A DNA stretch of 38,364 bases from an uncultured delta proteobacterium (GCA_963711835.1 CAVQFQ010000023.1:1-38364), one strand, 5' to 3'. Shown: positions 1-9,798, counted from the first letter of the stretch. Notes: a model not told the origin generated them from the letters alone. Made by a program: numbers and translations.

Positions 1-343
1 ATTTCATCCGATAGGGTGTTCGTTTTTCCGCTACAGATAATTTCCTCCCCATCTCGATTGGTTCAATTTCTATGCGAAGGGTAGCCCCTAATGCCTCCGC
101 CACCCGACGGATCATGCTCAAAGAGTGCCCTTCATAGGCCGGGGATTCGAGTCGGCTGATCTGCTGTTGGGTGGTGCCTACCTTCCGGGCTAATTCTTTC
201 TGGGAAAGCCCTGATTGTTGGCGGAGCGCAGCTAACCGCAGGGCCACCTCCCAGGCCCGGCCGGCCTTTTTAAACCGCTCGGCAAAATCCTGATCCTGCA
301 ACTGCTTTTCCAGATAATTATCAAAGTTGGTTTTTCTTTTCAT
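1..343 (-). CDS. XRE-family HTH antitoxin (HigA-like), runs off the window edge
   Basis: Absent from the ORF track. Manual translation from ATG at 343 gives MKRKTNFDNYLEKQLQDQDFAERF...LAALRQQSGLSQKELARKVGTTQQQISRLES..., a typical HTH_3 motif. Overlaps the toxin 3' end. Confidence 0.85.
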   Translation of the reverse strand, partial: MKRKTNFDNYLEKQLQDQDFAERFKKAGRAWEVALRLAALRQQSGLSQKELARKVGTTQQQISRLESPAYEGHSLSMIRRVAEALGATLRIEIEPIEMGRKLSVAEKRTPYRMK

Positions 344-692
344 ACCTGTTTCCGGCTTCCCATTCATTTTTCCTTTTTACAGCCACAATAATATCTCTTT
401 TAGGGACACCCCAGCCCTTGCTTCGGATTCCATGGACAAGAATTATTCGCCTGCCTGCAGCGAAGAAATAAATAATCCGGGTATTCAACTTGCCCACATG
501 GCGAAGCTCGAACATATCTTTGCCCAGCGGTTTGGATAACGGGGGCCGATGGCAATCCCGGTTTCGCAGTTTGGTTATCCCGGCCATCACCGAGGCAAAG
601 TCATCCGGGTCCGTCATCCTGAGGGATTCCAGAATTTCCCGGACAGGACAGCGTCCTGAGATAGTTTCAAAAAATTCTATACTGAATTCCAT
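321..692 (-). CDS. RelE/HigB-like (Gp49-like) type II toxin
   Basis: 123 aa with SKPLGKDMFELR...TRIIYFF...IILVHG; lies upstream of the HTH gene (HigBA order). Confidence 0.8.
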   Translation of the reverse strand: MEFSIEFFETISGRCPVREILESLRMTDPDDFASVMAGITKLRNRDCHRPPLSKPLGKDMFELRHVGKLNTRIIYFFAAGRRIILVHGIRSKGWGVPKRDIIVAVKRKNEWEAGNRYEKKNQL

Positions 693-701
693 GAAATATC
701 A

Positions 702-717
702 ACATCAATTTTGATGT
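702..717. promoter_or_regulatory. Palindrome, probable antitoxin operator
   Basis: ACATCAA-TT-TTGATGT perfect inverted repeat about 10 nt upstream of the toxin ATG. Confidence 0.55.
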
Positions 718-832
718 GATAATCGGTACTTCTTGATTTCGCTGACTTGGGGTCTCTCCAAAATCTAAAGCAAAGCCACGACATAGTCTACCGCAGCCTG
801 CCGCCTAAGTTTTGGCCTGGTATCTTCGAGGG

Positions 833-1008
833 ACCGGCCAGTCCGCTACCCTTCAGGACCAGTGGCCCTTCAGGACCAGATTGTGGACCTCGTTGTAAAG
901 GGGGTGGTCCCGGTTGGCCTGGTAGTAAAGGCGGTTGCCGTCCCGCCTGGGCTTCAGCAGGTTCAGGTAGACCAGCTTCTTCAATTCCTGCTGCACGGCT
1001 CCGGCCAC
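833..1008 (-). pseudogene. Remnant of a winged-HTH/nucleotidyltransferase (MNT-type antitoxin-like) gene
   Basis: An unlisted frame reads VAGAVQQELKKLVYLNLLKPRRDGNRLYYQANRDHPLYNEVHNLVLKG and continues SGLA after a 14-nt duplication (849-862/866-879). No start codon and no NTase domain. Confidence 0.6.
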
Positions 1009-1025
1009 CCTTTTGCATAGACATT

Positions 1026-2165
1026 CTATTTAAATTCACCGGCCCATAACCGTTCAATAAACTGGGGCCAGGGTATCACCTCAATATTTTTTGCCGGCCG
1101 GCGAGGCTGTTTTTCCAGGCAGACGATACAGCATTTTTTTACCGGTCCGTCTTCCAGAAGGGCTTGCAGCCCGCCGATATCGCCTTCGTGGACGCGGGAG
1201 GAGCCTTTAATTTCTATCGCCAGCTCCTTGTCCCCGAGGAGGAAGTCAACCTCACGGCCGGTTGAAGTCCGCCAGAAAGTAATGGGCCAATCGGGATTTC
1301 GGTAGGCCTGATACGCTTTTAATTCCATCAAAATATAGTGTTCAAAAGCTTTGCTGAATTCCGGACTTCCGATTTTGGGTTGGCGTCTGGCCAGATAGTT
1401 GGCTACCCCCACGTCGAACAAATAAAACTTTTCGGTGGTGATCATTCGCCGGTTTTTCGATTTCTTCCAGGGTGGTATTCTGAATCCCAGATAGGTATCT
1501 TCCAGGATGTCGAAATAAGTCCGTATGACTTTATGCGAAACGCCTGTTTCTCTGGCGATGTTGACGTAATTGATGAGCTCGCTGGAAGTGATCGCCGCCA
1601 CCCGCATGAATTCACTGAAGGCCGGGATGTTTTGGGTGAGCGCTTCCGCGACCACCTCTTCTTTCAAATAATCGGCCAGATAAGAGCGTAAATCTTCAAT
1701 CGGGTCGGGGGAGAGGTAGTGGGGCGGGAGCAGCCCGGAAAACATAACGCGTTCCAGGTTAAACCCGGTTACCTCCATATAGGACAGAGGGGTCAGGGTT
1801 CTACGCCAGGCTCGGCCTCCCAGGAGATTGGCATGTCCGCGCCGTAGTTTACGGGCACTGGAACCGGTCAATAAAAAAGAAAGGGTTGTGTTCTCAATCA
1901 GCCAGTGGACTTCATCCAGGAGGGCCGGGGCTTTTTGGACTTCATCGATAACCACCAGTCCCCGGTGATTCTGATAGCGTTCTCGGAGCAGCGCCGGGCG
2001 GGAGATGTATTCCGCAAAAACATCGGTCTTCAGCAAATCAATAATCTCGGCCCCGACCAGGTGGTGGGTGATCCAATAGGTTTTGCCGACCTTGCGAGGG
2101 CCCCAAAGGAAAGCGGACTTCCCGGGGGGCAGGTTAAGCTCAAACAGTCTGTTTTTAATTTTCAT
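1026..2165 (-). CDS. AAA_14 ATPase with DUF4143 / PD-(D/E)xK-like C-terminus
   Basis: Walker A GPRKVGKT, Walker B IDEVQ, LTGSS, KFYLFDVG, EVDF...IEIK. Confidence 0.9.
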   Translation of the reverse strand: MKIKNRLFELNLPPGKSAFLWGPRKVGKTYWITHHLVGAEIIDLLKTDVFAEYISRPALLRERYQNHRGLVVIDEVQKAPALLDEVHWLIENTTLSFLLTGSSARKLRRGHANLLGGRAWRRTLTPLSYMEVTGFNLERVMFSGLLPPHYLSPDPIEDLRSYLADYLKEEVVAEALTQNIPAFSEFMRVAAITSSELINYVNIARETGVSHKVIRTYFDILEDTYLGFRIPPWKKSKNRRMITTEKFYLFDVGVANYLARRQPKIGSPEFSKAFEHYILMELKAYQAYRNPDWPITFWRTSTGREVDFLLGDKELAIEIKGSSRVHEGDIGGLQALLEDGPVKKCCIVCLEKQPRRPAKNIEVIPWPQFIERLWAGEFK

Positions 2166-2437
2166 AATAATAGAAATTTATCCGAATAATTTTTCCTGGT
2201 AAAGAAAATTATCTACTCCACAGACTCAGACGGCGCCAACGTTTCCATATCCGCCTCCAGTCACATTTGCCTTGATAAAACTCGTTTCCGGCGAATTTCC
2301 CGACCAGTTCGGGCACGGGAATTGGGGTTAAGCTAACAGCTCAGAGCTGACAGCTCATACTCTTTAGAGGGTATCAAAAACAGGATCATTAAAGCTTCTC
2401 AGGACAGGTGCCTGAAAAGCCGGCTACTTAAGAAATT

Positions 2438-2472
2438 AAAAAGGCCCTGCCCTTGAGTATAAGGCAGGGCCT
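2438..2472 (-). terminator. Intrinsic terminator downstream of tRNA-Thr
   Basis: GC-rich hairpin AGGCCCTGCC...GGCAGGGCCT followed by a T-run on the minus strand. Confidence 0.7.
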
Positions 2473-2551
2473 CTAAGTTTCATTCATCCTCCCGAAATTG
2501 AGGTTAGACAAAGAAGAAAAGGAAAATATTCCGGGCTTCTTGAATTTAGAC

Positions 2552-2626
2552 TGGAGCCGGCGATGGGATTCGAACCCGCGACCTGCTGATTACGAATCAG
2601 CTGCTCTACCCCTGAGCTACGCCGGC
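2552..2626 (-). tRNA. tRNA-Thr(CGT)
   Basis: Reverse complement GCCGGCGTAGCTCAGGGGTAGAGCAGCTGATTCGTAATCAGCAGGTCGCGGGTTCGAATCCCATCGCCGGCTCCA: cloverleaf, anticodon CGT, TTCGAAT T-loop, encoded CCA. Confidence 0.97.
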
Positions 2627-2635
2627 CCGGAAGGA

Positions 2636-2664
2636 ATAATTCCACAGATGGCCCGGATTGTCAA
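2636..2664 (-). promoter_or_regulatory. Putative sigma-70 promoter of the tRNA
   Basis: TTGACA-N17-AATTAT on the minus strand just upstream of the tRNA. Confidence 0.45.
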
Positions 2665-2810
2665 TAAAGAGATGGAATAATTACCGGTTGGAGGTAAGAA
2701 GTTTGAGGCCCAAAAATTATATAGAATCGGGCGGCCTTCTTAATCTATAATACCGAATCACAGGGTATTGAAGCCTACTCTCGGTAATAAGCCGACCAAG
2801 GAGGAGGACT

Positions 2811-4418
2811 ATGGACCACGGAAACCGGACCCCGCAATACGGGCTGGAACATCATGGGATAAAAAACGCCGGTAACATCTATTGGAATTTAACCACCCCC
2901 GAGCTCTATGAAGAGGTGGTCCGCCGCCGAGAAGGCGTCATCGCCCATTTAGGGCCGATTGTGGTCAGGACCGGCCATCATACCGGCCGCTCACCAAATG
3001 ACAAAAGGATCGTCCGGGAAAAATCGACCACCGACAAGATCTGGTGGAGTCCGGTAAACGTTCCTATGGAAGCCGGAAAAGTTTGAGGTGCTCAATTTCA
3101 GGCTGCTGGCCTATCTCCAGGGAAAGGATATTTTTGTCCAGGATTGCTATGCCGGGGCAGACCCCAAATACCAGGTACCGATCCGAATTATTACCGAAAG
3201 CGCCTGGCATAATCTCTTTTCCCGGAATATGTTTGTCCAGATCAAAGAACCCGACACCTATGCCCAGCATGTCCCCAAATTTACCATCATCAATGTCCCC
3301 CAATTCCATGCCGATCCGGAAATGGACGGGACCAATTCGGAGTCCTTTATCATCGTCAACTTCGGAAAGAGCTTGATTCTGATCGGAGGCACCAGCTATG
3401 CCGGTGAGATCAAAAAATCCGTCTTTACCGTCTTCAATTATCTCTACCCCCAGGAAAAGGTCCTCTCCATGCACTGTTCGGCCAATGTGGGGGAAGAAGG
3501 GGACGTGGCCGTCTTTTTCGGTCTGTCCGGGACCGGTAAGACCACCCTTTCGGCCGATCCGGATCGTTACCTGATCGGGGACGATGAACACGGCTGGAGT
3601 GACAAAGGGATCTTTAACTTTGAAGGAGGTTGTTATGCCAAAGTCATTCGGCTTTCCCTGGAAGCCGAACCCGACATTTATGAGTGCACCCGAAGGTTCG
3701 GAACGATTCTGGAAAATGTCGCCATCGATCAGGAAACGCGCCGTATCGATTTAAACGACGGCTCCTTGACGGAAAATACCCGGGCCGCCTATCCCATCAG
3801 CCATATCCAGAAGGCCCTCCGTTCCGGGGTGGCCGAGCATCCCCGGAATATTATTATGCTGACCTATGATGCCTTCGGGGTTTTGCCCCCGATCGCCAAG
3901 TTGACTCAGGAACAGGCCATGTATCAGTTTCTGTCGGGTTATACCGCCAAAGTGGCCGGAACCGAAAAAGGACTGGGCCAGGAACCCCAGGCCACCTTCA
4001 GCACCTGTTTCGGAGCCCCTTTTATGGCCCTGCCCCCGACGGTCTATGCCGGTCTTCTCGGGGACCGGATTAAAGAACATCAGGTAAAATGCTGGCTGGT
4101 CAATACCGGTCTTACCGGCGGACCTTTCGGAGTCGGCCAACGGATCAAAATCGCCTATACCCGGGCCATGATCCATCAAGCCTTAAAGGGAGGGTTGGAT
4201 GATGTGCCTATGGAATTGGATCCCATTTTCCATCTTCGGGTCCCGGTCAATTGCGCCGGGGTTCCCAAGGAAATCCTGGCAACCCGATCCACCTGGAAAA
4301 AGCCCGGGGAATACGACCGAAAGCCAGGGAGCTGGCGGCCCGTTTTCGGGAAAACTTCAAACAGTATGCCTCCAAGGTTTCGGCCAAGGTCCGGAAGGCC
4401 GGACCCCCTGAAACCTAA
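2811..4418 (+). pseudogene. pckA: Phosphoenolpyruvate carboxykinase (ATP) with two frameshifts (sequence error or pseudogene)
   Basis: TGRSPNDK, GTSYAGEIKK, MHCSAN, FFGLSGTGKTTLS, GDDEHGW, NFEGGCYAK, ENTRAAYP. One extra base near 3070; one missing base near 4321, after which KARELAARFRENFKQY...GPPET* ends at TAA 4416-4418. Confidence 0.9.
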
Positions 4419-4443
4419 CCAAAAATATTTAAATTTTTGGTTA

Positions 4444-4578
4444 GAAACTCGAAATCCGAATATCGAAATCCGAAACAAATTCAAATGACCAAATCTTAAA
4501 ATTTAAAAGTCTTGTTTGGTCATTTAAATTTTGGACCTTCGTGCTTGTTTCGGATTTCGTGCTTCGAATTTCGGATTT
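4444..4578. repeat. Heptamer-periodic imperfect inverted repeat (GAAATCC type)
   Basis: GAAACTC GAAATCC GAATATC GAAATCC GAAACAA...CAAATGACCAAA mirrored by TTTGGTCATTT...TTGTTTCGGATTTCGTGCTTCGAATTTCGGATTT, between convergent genes. Confidence 0.75.
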
Positions 4579-4636
4579 AAAGATTATGTCGGTCCCAATG
4601 TTAGAAAAAAATTTAAAGCCCCGCTAAAAAAAGAGC

Positions 4637-5023
4637 TTAGGGCTGCAGCAATTCGCCGATTCGCCGCACCAGGGCCTGGGTATCGACCGGTTTCTGGAAA
4701 AAATCATCGGCCAGGGTTTCCATTCCGCCGCGCAAGGTATAGGTGGTCGTGGTGATATGGTCCCCCACGGCCGTCAGCAAAATGATCGGAATCTCCCCTA
4801 AGACCGGGTCTTTCTTAAGCTCGTTGCAGACTGCGTAGCCGTCCTTATCCGGCATCATGACGTCCAGGACGATCAGATCCGGTCTTTCCTGCCGGGCCTT
4901 ATCCATTCCCTCCAGTCCGCCATAGGCCGGTATGGGGGCAAACCCCCTGGCCTCCAGCATCATGCTGACGGTTTCCACCAGATCGGGGTCGTCATCGACG
5001 ATTAAAATCCTTTTCTTGTCCAT
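4637..5023 (-). CDS. Single-domain response regulator
   Basis: ILIVDDD, DLIVLDVMMP, LLTA, FQKP. Confidence 0.92.
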   Translation of the reverse strand: MDKKRILIVDDDPDLVETVSMMLEARGFAPIPAYGGLEGMDKARQERPDLIVLDVMMPDKDGYAVCNELKKDPVLGEIPIILLTAVGDHITTTTYTLRGGMETLADDFFQKPVDTQALVRRIGELLQP

Positions 5024-5070
5024 AAAAACTCCTTTCGTTCATCTCGCATTGCGCTAGGCCCCATGCCCGT

Positions 5071-5955
5071 TCAGATTCCCGCGGCCTTTAAAATATCCGG
5101 CACCACCTCTTCCTTACCGATGGCCATAATATGGACCCCGTCGCAGATCTTTTCCTCTTTAATCTGCCGGATCATCCGGCCGGTGATTTCAATGCCTTTG
5201 GCCAGGGCCTGTCCCTTGGGGGCCCCGGCCATTTCATCAATCAGGTTTTGGGGAACAAAAACGCCCGGGACGTTTTTGTTCATGTACTGGGCCATCCGGG
5301 CCGAGGTCAGCAGGATGACCCCGGCCAGAATCTTGACCGGGAATTGCCGGGCATACTTCATGAAGCGGGCAAATTTATCCAGATCATATACGGCCTGGGT
5401 CTGGATGAACTCGGCCCCGGCCTCGATCTTTTTTTCGAATTTGATGAGTTGCGGTTCCAGAGGGTTGGCCTCCGGGGTGACGATGGCGCCGGCACAAAAT
5501 TCTACGGCGCCGTCCAGATCGCTCCCGCCCAGGTCCCTGCCCTTTTCCAGGCTGCGGATCGTGGCCAGCAACTGGCTGGAGTCGAGGTCGAAAACCGCTT
5601 TGGCGGTTTTATGGTCCCCGACGACAATGGAGTCGCCGGTCAAACAGAGGACATTCGTGATGCCCCGTTGATAGGCGAAAAGGAGATCGGCCTGCAGGGC
5701 CAGGCGGTTACGATCCCGGCAGGTCATCTGCAGGATGGGTTCCCCGCCCCTTTCCTTGACGACCAGGGCCGCCCCGAGCGAAGGAAAACGCATCACCGAA
5801 CTCTGGTGGTCGGTCAGGTTAAGGGCATCCACCTTGTCCTTCAAGAGGTCAATGTGATGAATCATCTTGTCCAAATTGGTACCCTTAGGAGGGCCGACCT
5901 CACTGGTAATGACGAACTTACCGGATTGCAGGGTCTGACGAAAAGGGTGAGCCAT
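5071..5955 (-). CDS. metF: Methylenetetrahydrofolate reductase, MetF subunit
   Basis: SEVGPPKG, LTD, QMTCRDRNRLALQ, CLTGD, KKIEAGAEFIQTQ, GVHIM. Start placed at ATG 5955 behind AAGGAG. Confidence 0.92.
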   Translation of the reverse strand: MAHPFRQTLQSGKFVITSEVGPPKGTNLDKMIHHIDLLKDKVDALNLTDHQSSVMRFPSLGAALVVKERGGEPILQMTCRDRNRLALQADLLFAYQRGITNVLCLTGDSIVVGDHKTAKAVFDLDSSQLLATIRSLEKGRDLGGSDLDGAVEFCAGAIVTPEANPLEPQLIKFEKKIEAGAEFIQTQAVYDLDKFARFMKYARQFPVKILAGVILLTSARMAQYMNKNVPGVFVPQNLIDEMAGAPKGQALAKGIEITGRMIRQIKEEKICDGVHIMAIGKEEVVPDILKAAGI

Positions 5956-5959
5956 GACC

Positions 5960-6622
5960 TTAACTCCTTTCTCCCAAGGGGACAAAATATTTTCCGGGCT
6001 TGGGTTCTTTTTGATGATTGCGCGGACCCTGGTAACGCTTCATCAGATGTAATTGACCCAGCTCTTCCAGGCGGCGGTGGATCAAGGTCCAGGCACAGTC
6101 CTTCTGGGGATCGATTTCACACTTGCCGTTGTTGGTGCCGCCGCAGGGGCCGTTGACCATCCCCTTGTGACAGGAAGTCACCGGGCAGATGCCTCCGGTT
6201 TGGCCCAGGACGCATTCCCCGCACTGGGTACAGATTTCGTCAAACTGCCCCAGTCCCTTTTCCTTGCCGATAAACAGGGTATCCAGGGCCGGTATGACCG
6301 GCAGGACCAGCTGACGGGCTACGGTTTGAACTCCGAAGGCACAGGTCATGATCAGCAGGGCGTTGGCCTGGCTGATCTGGGGGCTGAATTCCTTCAGGGC
6401 CTCTTCGGTCAGGTTGTCACAGGCCACCGGCAAGATCAGGGTTCCGGTCACCATTTTCCCCTTTTTGGAGAGCTTGTCCTTCATCTCCCTGACCTCGGGT
6501 TCTCCCCCGGTTCGGCAGAGGGTCACACAGGTTCCGCAGCCGATGATAAAAATCCTGCCCAGGCCCTCTAAAAGCTGATCAATCTCTGCTTCGGTTTTTT
6601 GACGTGTAATAGACCGGATCAT
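5960..6622 (-). CDS. metV: MTHFR Fe-S/Zn subunit MetV
   Basis: GCGTCVTLCRTGG, CAFGVQ, CTQCGEC...GGICPVTSCHKGMVNGPCGG...CE...DCAW; adjacent to metF. Confidence 0.88.
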   Translation of the reverse strand: MIRSITRQKTEAEIDQLLEGLGRIFIIGCGTCVTLCRTGGEPEVREMKDKLSKKGKMVTGTLILPVACDNLTEEALKEFSPQISQANALLIMTCAFGVQTVARQLVLPVIPALDTLFIGKEKGLGQFDEICTQCGECVLGQTGGICPVTSCHKGMVNGPCGGTNNGKCEIDPQKDCAWTLIHRRLEELGQLHLMKRYQGPRNHQKEPKPGKYFVPLGERS

Positions 6623-6631
6623 GGCACTCTC

Positions 6632-9600
6632 CTATTTTTTTTCCAGGTCACAGCGGAGACATCTGCGGGCCTCCTGATGGGCCTGGGATTCCTCTAAGCC
6701 TCGTTCGACTTCCCGAAAATCTTTGATGCGCACCCCGGGGTCCTCCAGGGTGATTTTGATCCTGGGCCTGGCCGGGATGGATTCCTCTTCCAGGGCCAGG
6801 AGCGACTCTTCCTTCATCTCGGTTTTTTCATCCGGCAGTTGAACCGGCCCCTGCACGCCCTGAAGGAACTGGTCGATGGAGACGGCGGCCCTGCGTCCCG
6901 ACCCGATAGCCCGGATGACAAAGGTCGGACCGGTGGTAAAGTCCCCGCCGGCAAAGATGCCCGGGATATTGGTGCTGAGGGTATTGTCATTGATCTCCAG
7001 GGTTCCCCAGAGGGCCCTTTCCAGTTGGCTGTCCTCGGAGAGGAAAGAGAGGTCCGGGGCCTGACCGATGGAAATGATGACCGTATCGGCCTCCACGGTC
7101 CGGGTGATATCCGGATCGAAGGTCGGTTTGAAACGGCCTTCGGAATCAAAAACCGCCAGGCAGCGCCTGAAGGTGATACCGGTGATCTTTCTTTCCTCCT
7201 GAAGGATCTGAACCGGGCCCCAGGAAGGATGAATGATGATCCCCTCCTCGATGGCCTCGTGAATTTCTTTTTCCCAGGCCGGCATCTCCTGGCGGGCCTC
7301 CAGGCAGTAAAGCAGGACCTCCTCCGCCCCCAAGCGCAAGGCGGTCCGAGCCACATCGATGGCCACGTTGCCGCCTCCGACGACCACGGCCTTGCCCTTC
7401 AGTTCAGGGGCCTGGCCGGTCTTGGCCTGGCTTAAGAATTGGAGACCGTAATAAAGCCCTTCCAGGTCTTCTTCTTCTCCAGGTACGCCGATGCGCTTGC
7501 TGGACTGGGCCCCGGCGGCAATAAAGATGGCGCTATAGCCTTCCTTTTTCAGGTCATTAACCGTATGCCGGGCATTGATGGGGGAATTGTAGCGGATTTC
7601 CACCCCGCAGCTTTCAATGTAGTCGATTTCCTTCTGGATAATCTCCCGGGGAAGGCGGAATTCCGGAACCGTAATCCCTAACATCCCTCCGGCAACCGAC
7701 TGGGCTTCGAACACCGTTACCGGGTAGCCTGATTTGGCCAGGAAATAAGCACAGGTCAGGCCGGCCGGCCCGGCGCCCACAATGGCCACCTTTTGCCTTT
7801 GGGTTTTGCTAAAGGGTTGCCGGGCCGTCTGGAGATGGTCAAAATACCAATCGGCCGCAAACCGTTTCAGGGATCGGATAGCCACCGGCTCATCCAATTC
7901 CCCCCGGCGGCATTTGAATTCGCAGGGATGGATGCAGATACGGCCGCAGACCGCCGGAAACGGGTTCTTTTCCCGGATGATCTCTACCGCCTGTTCATAC
8001 TTGCCCATGGCGATGGCCGCCACATAGTTGGGCACGTCGATCCCGGCCGGGCAGGTGTGCTGGCAGGCCGAGATGACCATGGCATCGCAGGTAGCGGCCG
8101 GGCAGCGCTTTTCCCGGATATGGGCCTCGTATTCGTCCCGAAAATACTGGATGGTCGTCAGGACCGGGTTGGCGCAGGATTGGCCCAGTCCGCAGAGGGA
8201 GGAGGCCTTGACGGCCTGGCCTACAGTCAGAAGCGTCTCAATATCCCCTTCCCGTCCTTCACCCCGGGTGATCCGGGTCAGGATCTTGAGCATCTGGGTG
8301 GTGCCCAGGCGGCAGGGGCTGCATTTGCCGCAGGATTCATCCTGGGTAAAGGAGAGAAAATAGCGGGCAATATCCACCATGCAGGTATTTTCATCCATGA
8401 CGATCATGCCCCCGGAACCCATCATGGAGCCCACGCGGCGCAGGGAGTCATAATCAATAGGCAGATCCAGGAAGCGGGCCGGGATGCATCCGCCCGAAGG
8501 TCCCCCCATCTGAACGGCTTTAAATTTCCGGCCTTTGGGAACTCCGCCGCCGATATCAAAGATGACCTCCCGCAAGGTCGTCCCCATGGGGACTTCCACC
8601 AGACCGGTATTATTGATCCGGCCGGTTACGGAAAAAATTTTGGTCCCTTTGCTCTTTTCCGTTCCCAGGCCGGCGTACCATTCCCAGCCCTTTAAAATGA
8701 TGGTCCGGATATTGGCAAAGGTTTCCACGTTGTTGATGGAGGTGGGTTGGCCTCTAAGCCCGGCCTGGGCCGGATAGGGCGGCCGGATTCGAGGCATGCC
8801 TCGCCGTCCTTCGACCGAGGCAATCAGGGCGGTTTCCTCTCCGCAGACAAAGGCCCCGGCCCCTTCCTTGATTTGAATAGCGAAGTCAAAGCCGGATCCA
8901 AGAATATTTTTTCCCAGAAGCCCCGCTTCCGTAGCCCGGCCGATGGCAATCTTGAGGTGCTTGGTGGCAATGGGATATTCGGCCCGGACATAGATAATCC
9001 CTTCGGCGGCCCCGATGGCGTACCCGGCAATGGCCATCCCCTCGATAACGGAATGGGGATTCCCCTCCAGGACGCTGCGGTCCATAAAGGCCCCCGGATC
9101 CCCTTCATCGGCGTTACAGATGATGTATTTGGCCTTCCCGGGATTTTGACGGGCCGTTCTCCATTTGACCCCGGTGGGAAAGCCGGCTCCCCCCCGGCCC
9201 CGGAGGCCTGATTTTTCAACGGTCTCGATCACCTCCTCCGGGGTCATGAAGGCCAGGACCTTGCTCAGGGCCCCGTAGCCCTGGTAGGTAATGTAATCCT
9301 CGAGGGAGGTCGGATCGATCCGGCCGTTCTCCCCGAGAACCAGACGTTTTTGTTTTTGGTAAAAGGGGACTTCATGGCTGTAAATGTAGGGTTTGCCGCT
9401 TACCGGATCCTTGTAAAGCAGGCGCCCGATGATATTCTTTTTCTCCACCGTTTCGGAAACGATCTCCGGGACATCCTCCGGGGTGATTTGCTGATAAAAT
9501 ATCTCCTGGGGGGCAACGACCAGTAAGGGGGCCCGCTCACAGAACCCGTGGCAGCCGGTCTTCTTGATGGCCACCTGCCGGCCGAGTTTCCTGGCTTCGA

Positions 9601-9754
9601 TTTCCCGAAGCAGGGCCTCATAGACTTCCCCGCTGCCGTAAGCGCTGCACCCGGGACCATCACACAGATAGATGGTGGTCTGCTGAGGATCCTGGAGGTC
9701 CAGTAAGGACTGATGCCACTGATGTAACTGTTCAAAATTTTTAACGCGCTCCAT
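6632..9754 (-). CDS. NuoF/HydB-like NADH-FMN subunit fused to a GltD/NfnB-like FAD oxidoreductase
   Basis: N-terminal thioredoxin-like 2Fe-2S (CDGPGC...GCHGFC), GLRGRGGAGFPTG, NADEGDPG, GAGAFVCGEETAL, ESCGKCSPCR; then CQHTCP...CGRICIHPCEFKC, VGAGPAG, GGGNVA, FAGGD, EARRCLRC. Start at ATG 9754 or TTG 9790. Confidence 0.9.
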   Translation of the reverse strand: MERVKNFEQLHQWHQSLLDLQDPQQTTIYLCDGPGCSAYGSGEVYEALLREIEARKLGRQVAIKKTGCHGFCERAPLLVVAPQEIFYQQITPEDVPEIVSETVEKKNIIGRLLYKDPVSGKPYIYSHEVPFYQKQKRLVLGENGRIDPTSLEDYITYQGYGALSKVLAFMTPEEVIETVEKSGLRGRGGAGFPTGVKWRTARQNPGKAKYIICNADEGDPGAFMDRSVLEGNPHSVIEGMAIAGYAIGAAEGIIYVRAEYPIATKHLKIAIGRATEAGLLGKNILGSGFDFAIQIKEGAGAFVCGEETALIASVEGRRGMPRIRPPYPAQAGLRGQPTSINNVETFANIRTIILKGWEWYAGLGTEKSKGTKIFSVTGRINNTGLVEVPMGTTLREVIFDIGGGVPKGRKFKAVQMGGPSGGCIPARFLDLPIDYDSLRRVGSMMGSGGMIVMDENTCMVDIARYFLSFTQDESCGKCSPCRLGTTQMLKILTRITRGEGREGDIETLLTVGQAVKASSLCGLGQSCANPVLTTIQYFRDEYEAHIREKRCPAATCDAMVISACQHTCPAGIDVPNYVAAIAMGKYEQAVEIIREKNPFPAVCGRICIHPCEFKCRRGELDEPVAIRSLKRFAADWYFDHLQTARQPFSKTQRQKVAIVGAGPAGLTCAYFLAKSGYPVTVFEAQSVAGGMLGITVPEFRLPREIIQKEIDYIESCGVEIRYNSPINARHTVNDLKKEGYSAIFIAAGAQSSKRIGVPGEEEDLEGLYYGLQFLSQAKTGQAPELKGKAVVVGGGNVAIDVARTALRLGAEEVLLYCLEARQEMPAWEKEIHEAIEEGIIIHPSWGPVQILQEERKITGITFRRCLAVFDSEGRFKPTFDPDITRTVEADTVIISIGQAPDLSFLSEDSQLERALWGTLEINDNTLSTNIPGIFAGGDFTTGPTFVIRAIGSGRRAAVSIDQFLQGVQGPVQLPDEKTEMKEESLLALEEESIPARPRIKITLEDPGVRIKDFREVERGLEESQAHQEARRCLRCDLEKK

Positions 9755-9798
9755 GCTCAGCCTTTCTGATCCGATAGCTTTTTGTTCCAAGCCATCGA

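Noticed and set aside
747-1057. ORFs 747..1049(+) and 788..1057(-), Pro/Gly-rich
   Set aside because: Shadow frames of the HTH-NTase remnant; no coherent protein signal apart from the short LVLKGSGLA stretch.
2498-2680. 60-aa ORF (WSRRWDSNPRPADYES)
   Set aside because: Antisense translation of the tRNA gene.
4419-4488. C-terminal extension of ORF 3088..4488
   Set aside because: Out-of-frame read-through into the repeat, caused by the frameshift near 4321.
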